Source: Promethearchaeota archaeon
Lineage (GTDB): Archaea > Asgardarchaeota > Lokiarchaeia > Sigyniarchaeales > SOKP01
Length of the DNA stretch: 64,000 nucleotides
Reading direction: 5' to 3'
Assembly: GCA_019058365.1 (NCBI GenBank)
Contig: JAHPZE010000014.1
Location: 32,001 to 96,000 of the forward strand
Position 1 is the stretch's first letter, and each line of letters opens with the position of its first letter. The translations under genes and the position numbers were made by a program. The notes below the pieces were generated by a model. It was not told the DNA's origin. It searched no databases and worked only from the letters and a program-made list of their open reading frames with translations. Positions 39,621 through 50,061 of this stretch are shown piece after piece.

Positions 39621-40178
39621 TTGAAGGATAAAGTAAAGAATTTTGGTAAATTTCATTCGCAATTAGATCTACCTTTTTCAGAAACAAATCATGAATTTTT
39701 AAGAGAGATATTTAAAACACTTGAACTTAAATTTGGTTTAAAATACGCCTCTAATCAAAAATTGATTGATTTAGGAGCGGGAAATGGAAGTATAGTAATT
39801 TTTGCTGCTTTAAATTATAATATAACATCTATTGGAATTGAGATTAACGAAAACCTAAAAAATGAAGCAAAAAACTGTGTAAAATCATTGAAAAAGGAAG
39901 GATATTACAAAAAAAGATTATTGAAGAAAATAAAAATTAAACATAGAGATTTCTTTACATATAATTTAAAAGATTATAATTATATTTACATTTATTCACT
40001 CCCTTCAATGCATAAATATCTTAAACATGTATTCAGAACGGCTAAAAAAGGAGCAATCATTATATCTCACATTTATGAACTCGAAAATTTTAACTCTACT
40101 TTGAAAGATAAATATATATTAAGCCATAAAAGAGATAATCAAGAGTTTTTTACCTTTTTTTATAAAAAAATTTCATGA
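39621..40178 (+). CDS. Class I SAM-dependent methyltransferase
   Basis: LIDLGAGNG, GIEIN, RDFF. Confidence 0.85.
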   Translation: MKDKVKNFGKFHSQLDLPFSETNHEFLREIFKTLELKFGLKYASNQKLIDLGAGNGSIVIFAALNYNITSIGIEINENLKNEAKNCVKSLKKEGYYKKRLLKKIKIKHRDFFTYNLKDYNYIYIYSLPSMHKYLKHVFRTAKKGAIIISHIYELENFNSTLKDKYILSHKRDNQEFFTFFYKKIS

Positions 40179-40341
40179 TTGGTATCAAATTATGAGAAAG
40201 AGAATAATCCTAATGTAATTGTTTAGCAAATATTATATTCTTGTGTAACATCAAAAAATATAATTATAAATAAAATACAAATAAATAAATATATAATTTT
40301 TAATCGAAACGAATTTTTATAATAAAGGTGTATAAATACAA

Positions 40342-41052
40342 ATGGTAATTGTTTTTGAAGGCTGGCTGGATGGGATAACTGCATCTCTTATTGTTTTTTC
40401 TTCAGTTATTTTTGGATTATTTTCTCTTTATAAATCAATAAAACTAAAAGCAAAACTACTTTCAATAGCTGGTTTAAATATGATATTCGTCGGTTTCTTA
40501 TGGCTCGGACCAACATCTGATTTCTTTTTCAAATTAATAACAGATACAAATATTAGTCCTGTAGTAATTTATGTATTTTTAAGCTACACGTGGGTTGCAC
40601 CAGCTCTATTTTTTGCTATGTATCTAGGTGGAGAACTTTTAATACCGAAATATAAATGGGTACTTGTTGGAATTTTTATAGTCTTGGGTGCAATTTTTGA
40701 ATTTTTTCTATGGACTCAACCAAATCCTGGGCAATCATTTGAATTTATTGAGGTTAGACCTCCTGTTAATGGTTTAATTGATGCAGGTTTTAACAGAACT
40801 CATCCAACGTTTATTATGGTGGCTGTATTTTTAATGTCTGCGTTAATTTTCTTGGGCATAGGGATGGCAGTAAAAGCAAAACAAGCAACAGGTTTATTAA
40901 GGAAAAAATTTACCTATTTATCAATTGGTTACATTATTTTTGTTGTATGTGGAGCTTTAGATTCAATTCTTACTTTAGTTGTTGCTATTGGGATTGTAAG
41001 AGTTGTAATGGCTACATTCGCCGTCTGGATGTATCTAGGCTTAAAGACTTAA
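40342..41052 (+). CDS. Stand-alone 7-TM membrane protein
   Basis: Seven hydrophobic segments, no soluble domain. Confidence 0.75.
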   Translation: MVIVFEGWLDGITASLIVFSSVIFGLFSLYKSIKLKAKLLSIAGLNMIFVGFLWLGPTSDFFFKLITDTNISPVVIYVFLSYTWVAPALFFAMYLGGELLIPKYKWVLVGIFIVLGAIFEFFLWTQPNPGQSFEFIEVRPPVNGLIDAGFNRTHPTFIMVAVFLMSALIFLGIGMAVKAKQATGLLRKKFTYLSIGYIIFVVCGALDSILTLVVAIGIVRVVMATFAVWMYLGLKT

Positions 41053-41149
41053 AAGAAAATAATTAAATTTTTCCTTTTTTTAATTTTTTAATGTTTATTA
41101 CTATATTCATGTTAATTTTGAAGAATTTTCTTAAAATTCTAAGCAAAAC

Positions 41150-41551
41150 TCACTCTTTATTAATTTTTAGTAATAATTCTTTTAAATACAATTTCATGAA
41201 ATACCTTTGATTATTACAGAAATCAAGTTTTTGGGTATTAGTTAAATCCTGACAATTTGATAATATAGTGTGGATATCATTTGAAATAGAGAGATATTCA
41301 TCATTTGAATCATTTAATCTATACTTCGAGTTGTTAGATTCGCTTTTATTGATTTCATTAAAAGGTATTTCAATATTATCAGTTTTTATATCAAATTGAA
41401 ATCTTTTTTTATACTCACAGAGAGAAGTAATTAACAAATCAGATATATTTTTAAAGGTTTCCTTCGAATTGATGTGATTAAATAGCTCGGAGACAAGATT
41501 AGAAATTACATTTTTATCTAAATTTTGAACATTCTGGTCGAAAAGATTCAA
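41150..41551 (-). CDS. Hypothetical protein (frame open to 41623)
   Basis: ORF of 133 aa or more, no recognised motif. Confidence 0.55.
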   Translation of the reverse strand: MNLFDQNVQNLDKNVISNLVSELFNHINSKETFKNISDLLITSLCEYKKRFQFDIKTDNIEIPFNEINKSESNNSKYRLNDSNDEYLSISNDIHTILSNCQDLTNTQKLDFCNNQRYFMKLYLKELLLKINKE

Positions 41552-41857
41552 ATTTCCTAAATCTGATCTGTTTTCATAGGATATGTCAGAGAAATCTTTA
41601 TTAATAAACCCTTTTGAAATTATAGGTCATCTCGAAGAAATTTGAATTTGTAATAAGTAAAATTGATCTTTTATTTAAAAAAAAAGCCTCTCTGAATTTA
41701 GTGGAAATTTGAATAGCTGGGTGTTGCACCAAATTGATATTAAAAATTAAAATAAAATAATTATTCGGTTTAAAGAATTTTTATAAATATTGAGAACAAA
41801 ATATTATTAACTTTTAACATAATCGTTCTAAAAATTATAAATAAATAGGAAAAAATT

Positions 41858-43270
41858 ATGTCTAAAGAACAACCTGATTTAGAGGAAGAGTATTCCTTAA
41901 AAAAAGCTGTGCTTTATAGTTTTGCTGGCTTTACAGATGTTATCTTTTTACAGTTTTTCACTTTCTTAGTATTTACATTCTATTTTTCTATAATAGAATT
42001 ACCTGCAGGATTGATATCTCTTGGTTTCATAATCTGGGCAATATGGAATGCTTTTAATGATCCAATGCTTGGGGCTATTTCTGACAAATCAAACTTTAAA
42101 ATGGGTCGTAGAAAACCATTCATCATAATAGGCATAATTCCACTGCTAGTTATAAATATTCTACTATTTACTGCACCCAGAGGATCTGATCTTCTAGCAT
42201 TTTTATACTTCTTAATCATAATCGTAATTTGGGAGCTTTTTTATACAATGTATTCATTAAATCAAACTAGTTTATTTCCAGAGATGTTTCGTGATTTAGA
42301 TCAAAGATCTAAAGCTAATAATTCTATCCAATTTTTTCAAGTGATATCATTATTGATTGCTTTCTTATTACCTGGATTCATTATTCAAAGCTTCACCAGC
42401 GAAGATGTACCTATTGGAACTACACAATTACAATACATAATAGCTGCTGTAATTATTTCAATAATTTGCGCAATTGGGGGGTTCATTTTTATTAAATTTG
42501 GATTAAAAGAAAGAATTGAATTTTCTAAGGATTACGAAAGAGTTCCACCGTTTAGACAAGCATTAAAATATACATTTGGATACAAATCGTTCAAATTATA
42601 TGTTATTGGGAATTTTGCATTATGGTATGCATTTAATATGATTCCTACCATAATGCCAATTTATGGAACAGTTTGTTTAGGTGTTCAAGATGCTTCAATA
42701 CTATCTTTAATACTGGGTACTGGTTTTGTTTCAGCGGCGATATTTGTATTTCCATGGCGGATAATTGTAAATAAGCTTGGTGCTAAAAGATCTTATATAT
42801 TATCTTTGATAGTTTTTATTATAACATTGTTGCCTCTCATGTTTATTAGAGGAGTACTCTTAGGTTTTATATTTTTCTTCTTATTAGGAATTGGACTGGC
42901 AGGAGTATTAATTGTTAGAGATATTACAATTGCTGCAATTATCGATGAGGATGAATTAAAAACGGGAGTAAGAAGAGAGGGTAATTTCTATGGAATAAAC
43001 GGCTTCATCGTAAAATTCTCCAATGTAGTAGTATTTCTCTCAATAGGACTAGTATTCATTGGTACAGATTGGAATATCTTCGATCTTAGCACAGCAGAAT
43101 ATGGGGTGGAATTTGGTCTTCGAAGTCTCATGGTTATCTTACCAATAATATTTTTAATTATTGGAATAATAGCTATGAGGTATTTCCCAATCGATAAAGA
43201 AAAGTATACTCAATTAACTGAAGATGCAAGGAAACTACATGCTGAAAAAAAGACAAAACTTAACTCCTAA
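41858..43270 (+). CDS. MFS transporter, GPH (glycoside-pentoside-hexuronide) family
   Basis: WNAFNDPMLGAISDK...GRRKPF, IIDEDELKTGVRREG, about 12 TM. Confidence 0.92.
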   Translation: MSKEQPDLEEEYSLKKAVLYSFAGFTDVIFLQFFTFLVFTFYFSIIELPAGLISLGFIIWAIWNAFNDPMLGAISDKSNFKMGRRKPFIIIGIIPLLVINILLFTAPRGSDLLAFLYFLIIIVIWELFYTMYSLNQTSLFPEMFRDLDQRSKANNSIQFFQVISLLIAFLLPGFIIQSFTSEDVPIGTTQLQYIIAAVIISIICAIGGFIFIKFGLKERIEFSKDYERVPPFRQALKYTFGYKSFKLYVIGNFALWYAFNMIPTIMPIYGTVCLGVQDASILSLILGTGFVSAAIFVFPWRIIVNKLGAKRSYILSLIVFIITLLPLMFIRGVLLGFIFFFLLGIGLAGVLIVRDITIAAIIDEDELKTGVRREGNFYGINGFIVKFSNVVVFLSIGLVFIGTDWNIFDLSTAEYGVEFGLRSLMVILPIIFLIIGIIAMRYFPIDKEKYTQLTEDARKLHAEKKTKLNS

Positions 43271-43367
43271 ATGTAAATCTAATCAATATTTTCTTTTTTT
43301 TTTAATGTGATGATAGAATTCAGTAGGGTTGTAAAAAAAGAAAATTAAAATAAAATTTAAATTAATC

Positions 43368-43943
43368 TTAAAGTCTAGACCCACAATTAGGACAAAAGTT
43401 TCCACTTGATTCGAGTTTTTGGCCACAATAGACGCAAAAGTTTTTTCCTTCTGATGGTAAAGCCTCATCGATCTTTTTAGGTGGAGGGACGTATTCAGTT
43501 GCAGGAGTATACTTTATTGGTTGACCTAAGATAATTTGTCCTGAATCAGGATCAAAACTATATTTTAAAAAGCCTTGATTTCTTAGATCCAATAATACAC
43601 GTAATAATATACTAGGTTTCATACCAATTTCTAAGGCGATATGTTCAAGTTTATAAGTACCTTGGAAGTTTCGTTGAGCAACAGCATTTTTAACAACTTG
43701 TTTATACTTATAATTTCGATAAAGTTGTTCAAATCCTCCAAGAAAGATGAAAAAAGCCGGAATAAATAGCCAATAACCCCATCCTGCGAGCCCTATAAAC
43801 GAAATTCCAAAACGGAGAAAAAACAACGACAAAATAGCAACAAAAAGAAAAACGATAGCAACTGCGAAAGTTCCAATAGCCGCTTCATAAGACTCCTTAT
43901 AATAATAGCGATGTCTATATTTATCTTCACTCAATTTTATCAA
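43368..43943 (-). CDS. 2-TM + winged helix + zinc-ribbon protein
   Basis: Two TMs, LEHIALEIGM...LLDLRNQG HTH, CVYCG...CPNCG. Confidence 0.75.
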   Translation of the reverse strand: MIKLSEDKYRHRYYYKESYEAAIGTFAVAIVFLFVAILSLFFLRFGISFIGLAGWGYWLFIPAFFIFLGGFEQLYRNYKYKQVVKNAVAQRNFQGTYKLEHIALEIGMKPSILLRVLLDLRNQGFLKYSFDPDSGQIILGQPIKYTPATEYVPPPKKIDEALPSEGKNFCVYCGQKLESSGNFCPNCGSRL

Positions 43944-44094
43944 TCCAAATTTATTAAGTATAATTTGTTATATATATAGAATAAAATTCTCAAGTATTAA
44001 TTCTTGATTAGTCCAATTTTTATAAAGTTGTATAAATCAAAAGGTTAAGATTAAGTTCCGTCAGAAAGGAAATTGAATGTTTTAATTTAGAGAT

Positions 44095-44859
44095 CTATTT
44101 TATGTGATCCTCATTATAATTAACCAATTTAGAAACCCAACTTGAATTTTCACATAATTTCTCATAAGTTGTTATGTCTCCAAAGTCTCCTCTAAACTGA
44201 TTTTTTTCCATTTTAAAAATTCTAATTTTCCACTTTCTTATATTAATTCCAATCCTTATCGCTTCTGTTAATTCAATTTCACCTCGTTTAGAAGGCTCAA
44301 GAGTTTTTAAAACTTCGAAAATTTCTGATGAGAAAATAAATATTCCACAATTATTAAGGTTTGATTTAGATTTACCTTTAGGCGGTTTTTCTATAATATC
44401 CACTAATAAATCATTTTCATAATAAATAGCGCCACCTTTATATGGATCTGCTGTATAATTTGTAACCAATATAAAATCCTGATTCTCTTTTTTAAATATA
44501 GCAAAAACATCTTTATATATATAATAGGGTACCAAGATGTCGCCCCAAGTTAAAAAGAAATGGGAATCTTGAATTAATTTTTCACATACTAATACTGCTC
44601 CTCCCGTACCATTAAGTACTTTTTGTTCAACATATTCAATTTTTATCCCCCATTCATTTCCATCCTTAAAATACTCAATGATTTGTTCTTTTCTATATCC
44701 TACAACGATAATTACACTTTTAAAACCAGCATAGATTAAACCATTTATGATATATTCTAATAATGGTTTGCTATGAAGGAGGATCATTGATTTTTGATAT
44801 GTATCTGTATATGGTCTTAAACGTTTTCCTAAACCTGCACATAATATAACAGCTTTCAA
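44095..44859 (-). CDS. Sugar-phosphate nucleotidyltransferase
   Basis: AGLGKRLRPYT, NGTGGA, WGD, IEKP, RGEIELT. Confidence 0.9.
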   Translation of the reverse strand: MKAVILCAGLGKRLRPYTDTYQKSMILLHSKPLLEYIINGLIYAGFKSVIIVVGYRKEQIIEYFKDGNEWGIKIEYVEQKVLNGTGGAVLVCEKLIQDSHFFLTWGDILVPYYIYKDVFAIFKKENQDFILVTNYTADPYKGGAIYYENDLLVDIIEKPPKGKSKSNLNNCGIFIFSSEIFEVLKTLEPSKRGEIELTEAIRIGINIRKWKIRIFKMEKNQFRGDFGDITTYEKLCENSSWVSKLVNYNEDHIK

Positions 44860-45962
44860 TAGATCTCCACACCATTACTTGTTTTTATTTTAAATGCTTC
44901 TCCCTCGACTTTTTCGATTGATTCAACAAGCAGATCTTCATTATTAGGGAAAAGCGCAAACATTGTACCACCAAAGCCAGAACCATTAATTTTTGCTCCT
45001 ATAGCACCAATTTCTAAGCAATTTGATATCATTTTCTCAATTTTATTTGTTGATACTTCAATATTCTTTTTTAATTGATAATGATGTTTATTTAATAAAT
45101 TACCCAATTTAATATAGAAATCGTTTTTAGACTTATTATTTTTATATTTTTCATCAAAAAAGCTATTAAAAATTAAATTTTTTGCTTTAATAGTTATGTC
45201 ACGATTTTTAATATTTCCAATAATTTTTTTCTGATATTCTTTTTTAAGATTAGGTAAAAATTTCTTTACTTCTTCTAATGTTGTGAAGTTTTGGTTAAAT
45301 TTTGGCATGATTTTTTTTATTTCCATAAAGGCTTTTTTTGCAGTGTCTTTAACTCTAAATAGATCTTCCACAGTTTCTTTTTTTTCTAATGAATTTCCCA
45401 ACACAAAACCGTCAAGTTTAATATTTTTATTAATTACCTTAGGTCTATTTTGCTTTGGTTCTAAATATATTAAATTTCCATAAACAGAAGTAAAATGGTC
45501 CATCATTCCTCCCGCTTCATTAAATTCTTTTACTTCTGTATCATATCCCATTAATGATAACTGAAATTTATTTATTCTTTTACGATTCCTGCTGATTAAA
45601 TTAAGGAAAAATAACCAAGCTATAACCAATGCTGAGGAACTGGCAGCTCCAGCATTAATTGGGATGTCTCCCGTAATTTTAATATTATACCCACTTTGAA
45701 ATTTGAAACCTTTTCGTAAATATTGATTATAAGCACTCCTAAGGTAATCTCTTTTTGATAAATATTCCAATTCTTTATTATTTAATTTGATTTCAAAACG
45801 CTCATTTAAATCTGAAAGTTCTATTGATAGATATGGATAGGATATCTTTTTTGCTTCTAAATATACATATTTCGATATTGCCATAGCAATTACAGGATAA
45901 TTTAAATAATCTTGATGCTCACCAAATAAATTAATCCGGCCAGGAGCTCGTATACGAATCAT
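44856..45962 (-). CDS. GHMP kinase, galactokinase-like
   Basis: RAPGRINLFGEHQDY, PINAGAASSSA, GMMD, GSGFGG. Overlaps the downstream gene by 4 nt. Confidence 0.9.
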   Translation of the reverse strand: MIRIRAPGRINLFGEHQDYLNYPVIAMAISKYVYLEAKKISYPYLSIELSDLNERFEIKLNNKELEYLSKRDYLRSAYNQYLRKGFKFQSGYNIKITGDIPINAGAASSSALVIAWLFFLNLISRNRKRINKFQLSLMGYDTEVKEFNEAGGMMDHFTSVYGNLIYLEPKQNRPKVINKNIKLDGFVLGNSLEKKETVEDLFRVKDTAKKAFMEIKKIMPKFNQNFTTLEEVKKFLPNLKKEYQKKIIGNIKNRDITIKAKNLIFNSFFDEKYKNNKSKNDFYIKLGNLLNKHHYQLKKNIEVSTNKIEKMISNCLEIGAIGAKINGSGFGGTMFALFPNNEDLLVESIEKVEGEAFKIKTSNGVEIY

Positions 45963-46097
45963 TATATAATGAATATTTATATTACACTGATATCACAGAT
46001 GTATTATAATTCTTTTTTTTTCCAATTACGTAGATATTATTGAATTATAAAATAACTAATAATTATTTTTAAAAAAACATGATATAAATTCCTGAGA

Positions 46098-46847
46098 TTG
46101 ATGATTTGCGACGTTATAATAATTAAAGATGGATTACCTTTATTCTCTAAGAATTTTTCTAATTCAAACATTAATCATCTTCTGTCTCAAGAAGACAATC
46201 TCATTATGATATCTGGGTTTTTTTCAGCATTGAATTCTTTTTCAGATTCATTTGAGGAAATGGGAACAATATCTGAGTTGAAATTATCAAACAATAATCT
46301 GAAATTATCTTTCTTAAAAGATTTAAATATCCCAGATTTAATCTATCTTGCTACTTATGACAAAAAATCGGAATTAATGAAAGTTCAACAATTTTTAAAA
46401 AAAATCTCTGAACATTTTTTAAAAGAGTTCAGTATTGATCAAATTATAAACTGGAATGGAAGGTTAGATTATTTTGCGCCTTTTGAAATTGTTGTTAAAA
46501 AATTTCTTGACGAAGAAAATAGAAAGATTGAGGAACAAGCTAATAATAAAATTTTCGAATTTTTTAATAGTTTTGTAGAAGAGGAGAAAACGCCATTAGA
46601 ATCAAAAGAGGAGATTAATTATGTTGAAGAGATTCCAGAATATTATGATTATATTCCAATCTTCACTACTTCAAAAAAAATTAATCCTAAGTATTATCTA
46701 ACGGGGGATACATCATTTGTAGTCTATAAACAAATAAATGGAAAAAAAACAATTAATCAGATATCCATAGAACTAAATATTGCTCAAAAGCAAGTTTATA
46801 ATGTTTGTAAAAATCTCATTAAATTCGGGTTTATATCCTTTAATTAA
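46098..46847 (+). CDS. Longin-like domain + C-terminal winged helix protein
   Basis: VIIIKDGLPLFSK...MISGFFSALNSF...ISELKL longin pattern, and INGKKTINQIS...VCKNLIKFGFI wHTH. Confidence 0.75.
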   Translation: MMICDVIIIKDGLPLFSKNFSNSNINHLLSQEDNLIMISGFFSALNSFSDSFEEMGTISELKLSNNNLKLSFLKDLNIPDLIYLATYDKKSELMKVQQFLKKISEHFLKEFSIDQIINWNGRLDYFAPFEIVVKKFLDEENRKIEEQANNKIFEFFNSFVEEEKTPLESKEEINYVEEIPEYYDYIPIFTTSKKINPKYYLTGDTSFVVYKQINGKKTINQISIELNIAQKQVYNVCKNLIKFGFISFN

Positions 46848-47015
46848 AAATTTTCATTTAAGATTTTTTAACCACAAAATTTGTTTTGAATGTTATGTTA
46901 CCGCATCATCACAACTTATTCTTTAAAAGAGTATAAATAATAGTATAATTTTATTAAATTTGAGTTAAGCGAGAACAACATGAAAATTTTTAGAGAAGTT
47001 TTCATACCAACGGAA

Positions 47016-47321
47016 TTATTTTTGTTTTCTTTTTTGTTGTAATTTTTTTTTCTTGCGCACTTCTTCATGAAGTTCTTCTTCTAATCCATATAATTGTGAA
47101 TCTGGTTTACCTTGTAATTTAAATTGCCCAAATATTTTGCTTTCTTCCCTTTCTCCCGTTTTTGATATTTTTTCAAAAGATAATTCAATTGGTAAATCTT
47201 GTTTTAAAGCTAAATTTATAAAGTTTATAAAACCAATATGTTTACTTGGTGGGATACTTAATTTTAATGTTATTTCTTTTTTTTTCTTCGTATTTGTTTT
47301 CAAAATCAAACGTAATTTCAA
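47016..47321 (-). CDS. Hypothetical basic protein
   Basis: 101-aa ORF with TTG start and plausible composition. Confidence 0.6.
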   Translation of the reverse strand: MKLRLILKTNTKKKKEITLKLSIPPSKHIGFINFINLALKQDLPIELSFEKISKTGEREESKIFGQFKLQGKPDSQLYGLEEELHEEVRKKKKLQQKRKQK

Positions 47322-47453
47322 GAGTTTTCAATCTTCCTATTGAATGATGAGTTAATTATATATTTAAAACAATCAAAATAAAAAAATTATCCTATATTAA
47401 TATGCAAAAAATATTATATTAAAATTATAAAAATAGTATAATAAAGATTAGAT

Positions 47454-48074
47454 ATGCCCTCTAAATATCGGTTAAGATATTTATTTAAACCATTAATAAC
47501 AATTTTGGCTAAAGGTTTAAGTAAAATTGGTATAACTCCAAATTTAGCTACAATTTTTATGCTTTGTTTTGCGTTTATGAGTTTTATATACATAGCATTT
47601 TTTCGAAATCTTTTAGTATTTTCCATTTTAGTTTTTACAACAGGGATTATGGATGGATGCGATGGTGCTATCGCTAGATTGACTCAAAGATCAAGTAAGT
47701 TTGGTGCATTTTTTGATTCTGTGATGGATAGAATATCAGAATTTTTAATATTTTTGGGGCTTATTATTTTTAATTGGAATAATTTTTTATGGGATTATAT
47801 CGATATGAAACTTATTTTACTTATTTCATATGTAGTTTCTTTTATGATCAGTTATTGTAGAGCAAGAGCGGAAGTTTTTTTCAAAGGAGATTTTGACATA
47901 GGTTTGATGGCTAGATCTGAAAGATTATTTTATATTTTTATAACAATGCTATTCGCTTTTTTCTATGGTTTTACTGCTGAATTCTTATTTATTTATATGT
48001 GGCTTGTAATAGGCACATTTCTTTATAGATCCAAAAAAATTTCCCTTCAAATTAAAAAAATAGAAAATGAATAG
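47454..48074 (+). CDS. CDP-alcohol phosphatidyltransferase (archaetidylinositol-phosphate synthase-like)
   Basis: ITPN, DGCDGAIAR....GAFFDSVMDR, SYCRARAE, RSER. Confidence 0.9.
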   Translation: MPSKYRLRYLFKPLITILAKGLSKIGITPNLATIFMLCFAFMSFIYIAFFRNLLVFSILVFTTGIMDGCDGAIARLTQRSSKFGAFFDSVMDRISEFLIFLGLIIFNWNNFLWDYIDMKLILLISYVVSFMISYCRARAEVFFKGDFDIGLMARSERLFYIFITMLFAFFYGFTAEFLFIYMWLVIGTFLYRSKKISLQIKKIENE

Positions 48075-48092
48075 AGAAAGTGCAGTATACCA

Positions 48093-48815
48093 TTAACTCT
48101 TTTTTATCAATTCAATTCTAACACGAACACCATCTTTTAATTTAAGTATATCTCTTAAATAAGGTTCTGCTAAAATTTCTACTATATTTTTCTTATGGTG
48201 TGTTCTTTTAATCTTCAAAATTGCACCATTTATTTTTTTTGTTTGATCATCTAAACGAGATACAATACAATCATAACACTCTACAGAACCGTATTTCCGT
48301 TTAATATATCCCTCTTCTTCCTTCTCAAATCCTTGAATTATAAAGGGTATTCGATTTTTTAAGTTTTCTTCCAATAATTCTTTATTAAGATCACTTAACT
48401 GAATATTTAATGTTCCAAAATAAGGTTTAAATCCTAATTTTTCTCTAAATTGATCATAGTACTCCTTAATTCTAACATAATAACCTCCTTCTCCCATTCC
48501 TTCAGTGACTTCTCCCACAATTAATATCTCTTCTAAAATTTGTTTTAAATCTTTATACATTGCAAGCATAACATCAGCACCTTTCTTTGTAATTCTTATA
48601 ATCTGATCTTTCCCTGTAATCTTTCTTTGTATCCAACCTATATCTTCTAATTGATTTATTCTTCTTGAAGCTGTTTGTTGAGATAAATTGAGTATTTTCC
48701 CAAATTCAACACTACTAATATGGATAGCTTTTCGACTACCAATATTTTGGCAAAGATGATAAAGTGCAAACCAATTTGCATAATTTTCTGAAGAAATTTC
48801 TTCTTTATCCTCCAT
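48093..48815 (-). CDS. ribK: CTP-dependent riboflavin kinase with N-terminal HTH (RibK/RbkR)
   Basis: SQQTASRRI HTH, GMGEGGYY, PYFGTLN, RTHH. Likely start ATG 48815. Confidence 0.92.
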   Translation of the reverse strand: MEDKEEISSENYANWFALYHLCQNIGSRKAIHISSVEFGKILNLSQQTASRRINQLEDIGWIQRKITGKDQIIRITKKGADVMLAMYKDLKQILEEILIVGEVTEGMGEGGYYVRIKEYYDQFREKLGFKPYFGTLNIQLSDLNKELLEENLKNRIPFIIQGFEKEEEGYIKRKYGSVECYDCIVSRLDDQTKKINGAILKIKRTHHKKNIVEILAEPYLRDILKLKDGVRVRIELIKKS

Positions 48816-49281
48816 TATCACGATTGATTTGGTTTTTTTTTTTACATTTTTCAATTATTTTTTGTTTTATTAAACTTGAACTATGTAATTTGTATTTATC
48901 ATAATAAGTTTCTAGTCTCTTAACCTCAATGTGATCTAAATTTTTTTTTCTAAGCTTTTTTTTAAGAATTTCAATACTATATTTCTGATCAGGTCCCAAT
49001 AGAATTATGTCTGGATTAATTTCTTCAACTGTTTTAAGCGTATCATTATCGCTTCTTCCTAATCTAGCATCTGTTACATTTCTAAAGTTCTTGATAATTT
49101 CTAATCTTTGTTCCTGGGTAATAATAGGTTGTTCCCCTGAGAATATCTCACGGTTTTTATCAGTAGCAACAACAACATATACGTTTCCTAATTTTGCAGC
49201 TTCATTAATTAGATAAATGTGACCTGCGTGAATAAGATCAAACGTTCCAGCTATCATAATCCTCTTCTTTTCTTTATTCAT
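48805..49281 (-). CDS. ribL: Archaeal FAD synthase
   Basis: AGTFDLIHAGH, PDIILLGPDQ, SSSLIK. Adjacent to ribK; likely start ATG 49281. Confidence 0.85.
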   Translation of the reverse strand: MNKEKKRIMIAGTFDLIHAGHIYLINEAAKLGNVYVVVATDKNREIFSGEQPIITQEQRLEIIKNFRNVTDARLGRSDNDTLKTVEEINPDIILLGPDQKYSIEILKKKLRKKNLDHIEVKRLETYYDKYKLHSSSLIKQKIIEKCKKKNQINRDNGG

Positions 49282-49324
49282 CTTTTTCTGCTCACATATC
49301 CATTTCAGATAAATAATGTTATAA

Positions 49325-49936
49325 TTACATCTTGTTGTCAAAACATCTCTTCAAATCATCCATTTGGATTGCTAGTGATATATCTCCTCTTGTTTTTTCG
49401 ATTATATTTCTAGCAACATCTACTTTATGTCTTAAATCTTGAGTTACACCAGATGGATAATCAAAGGTGAATAAATAAGTGTAGATCTCATCCATCTTTT
49501 CTAATATCAAATTTAAATCTTCAACATGAGAATTTCTAATATTATCTAAAGCATATCTCCGCAATTCTCCAATTACATCTGCTAATCCTAGTAGAAAATT
49601 TAAAGGATTAATATTTAATTCCAAAGGCGATGGAATCTCTTTTTTACTAATAATTGAATAAAAAGCAATTGATTCAACATATTCTTGCTCAGGTGTTGTT
49701 AAATATTTAAAAAATATACCAGGATTTTTGTTAACTATTTCGATTAAATTCTTATGGTTAATCTTAATCTGGTTTAATCTTTCATGAAATTTATCAAATT
49801 CTTTTCTATGAACATTTTTTATAGCTATACTGCAATCTCTAATTACATCGCGAGACAATTTTAAAATTTCTTCTCTATCTTGATATAATATATCTAATAA
49901 CTCAGTTATTTCTGAAAAAGCTTTTTTAAGATTCAT
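49325..49936 (-). CDS. Translin/Trax (C3PO-like) family protein
   Basis: REEILKLSRD, QEYVE, LLGLADVIGELRR, LRHKVD. Confidence 0.88.
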   Translation of the reverse strand: MNLKKAFSEITELLDILYQDREEILKLSRDVIRDCSIAIKNVHRKEFDKFHERLNQIKINHKNLIEIVNKNPGIFFKYLTTPEQEYVESIAFYSIISKKEIPSPLELNINPLNFLLGLADVIGELRRYALDNIRNSHVEDLNLILEKMDEIYTYLFTFDYPSGVTQDLRHKVDVARNIIEKTRGDISLAIQMDDLKRCFDNKM

Positions 49937-50061
49937 TATAATAAAACTAAAATTTAGTAATAATTAATTTGAATTTTGAATATAATTAAATATCAAAAGT
50001 AAGAAAAATATTTAGAATTTATTATAATGTATTACCTACAAGACTAGAATAAGGGATCATT

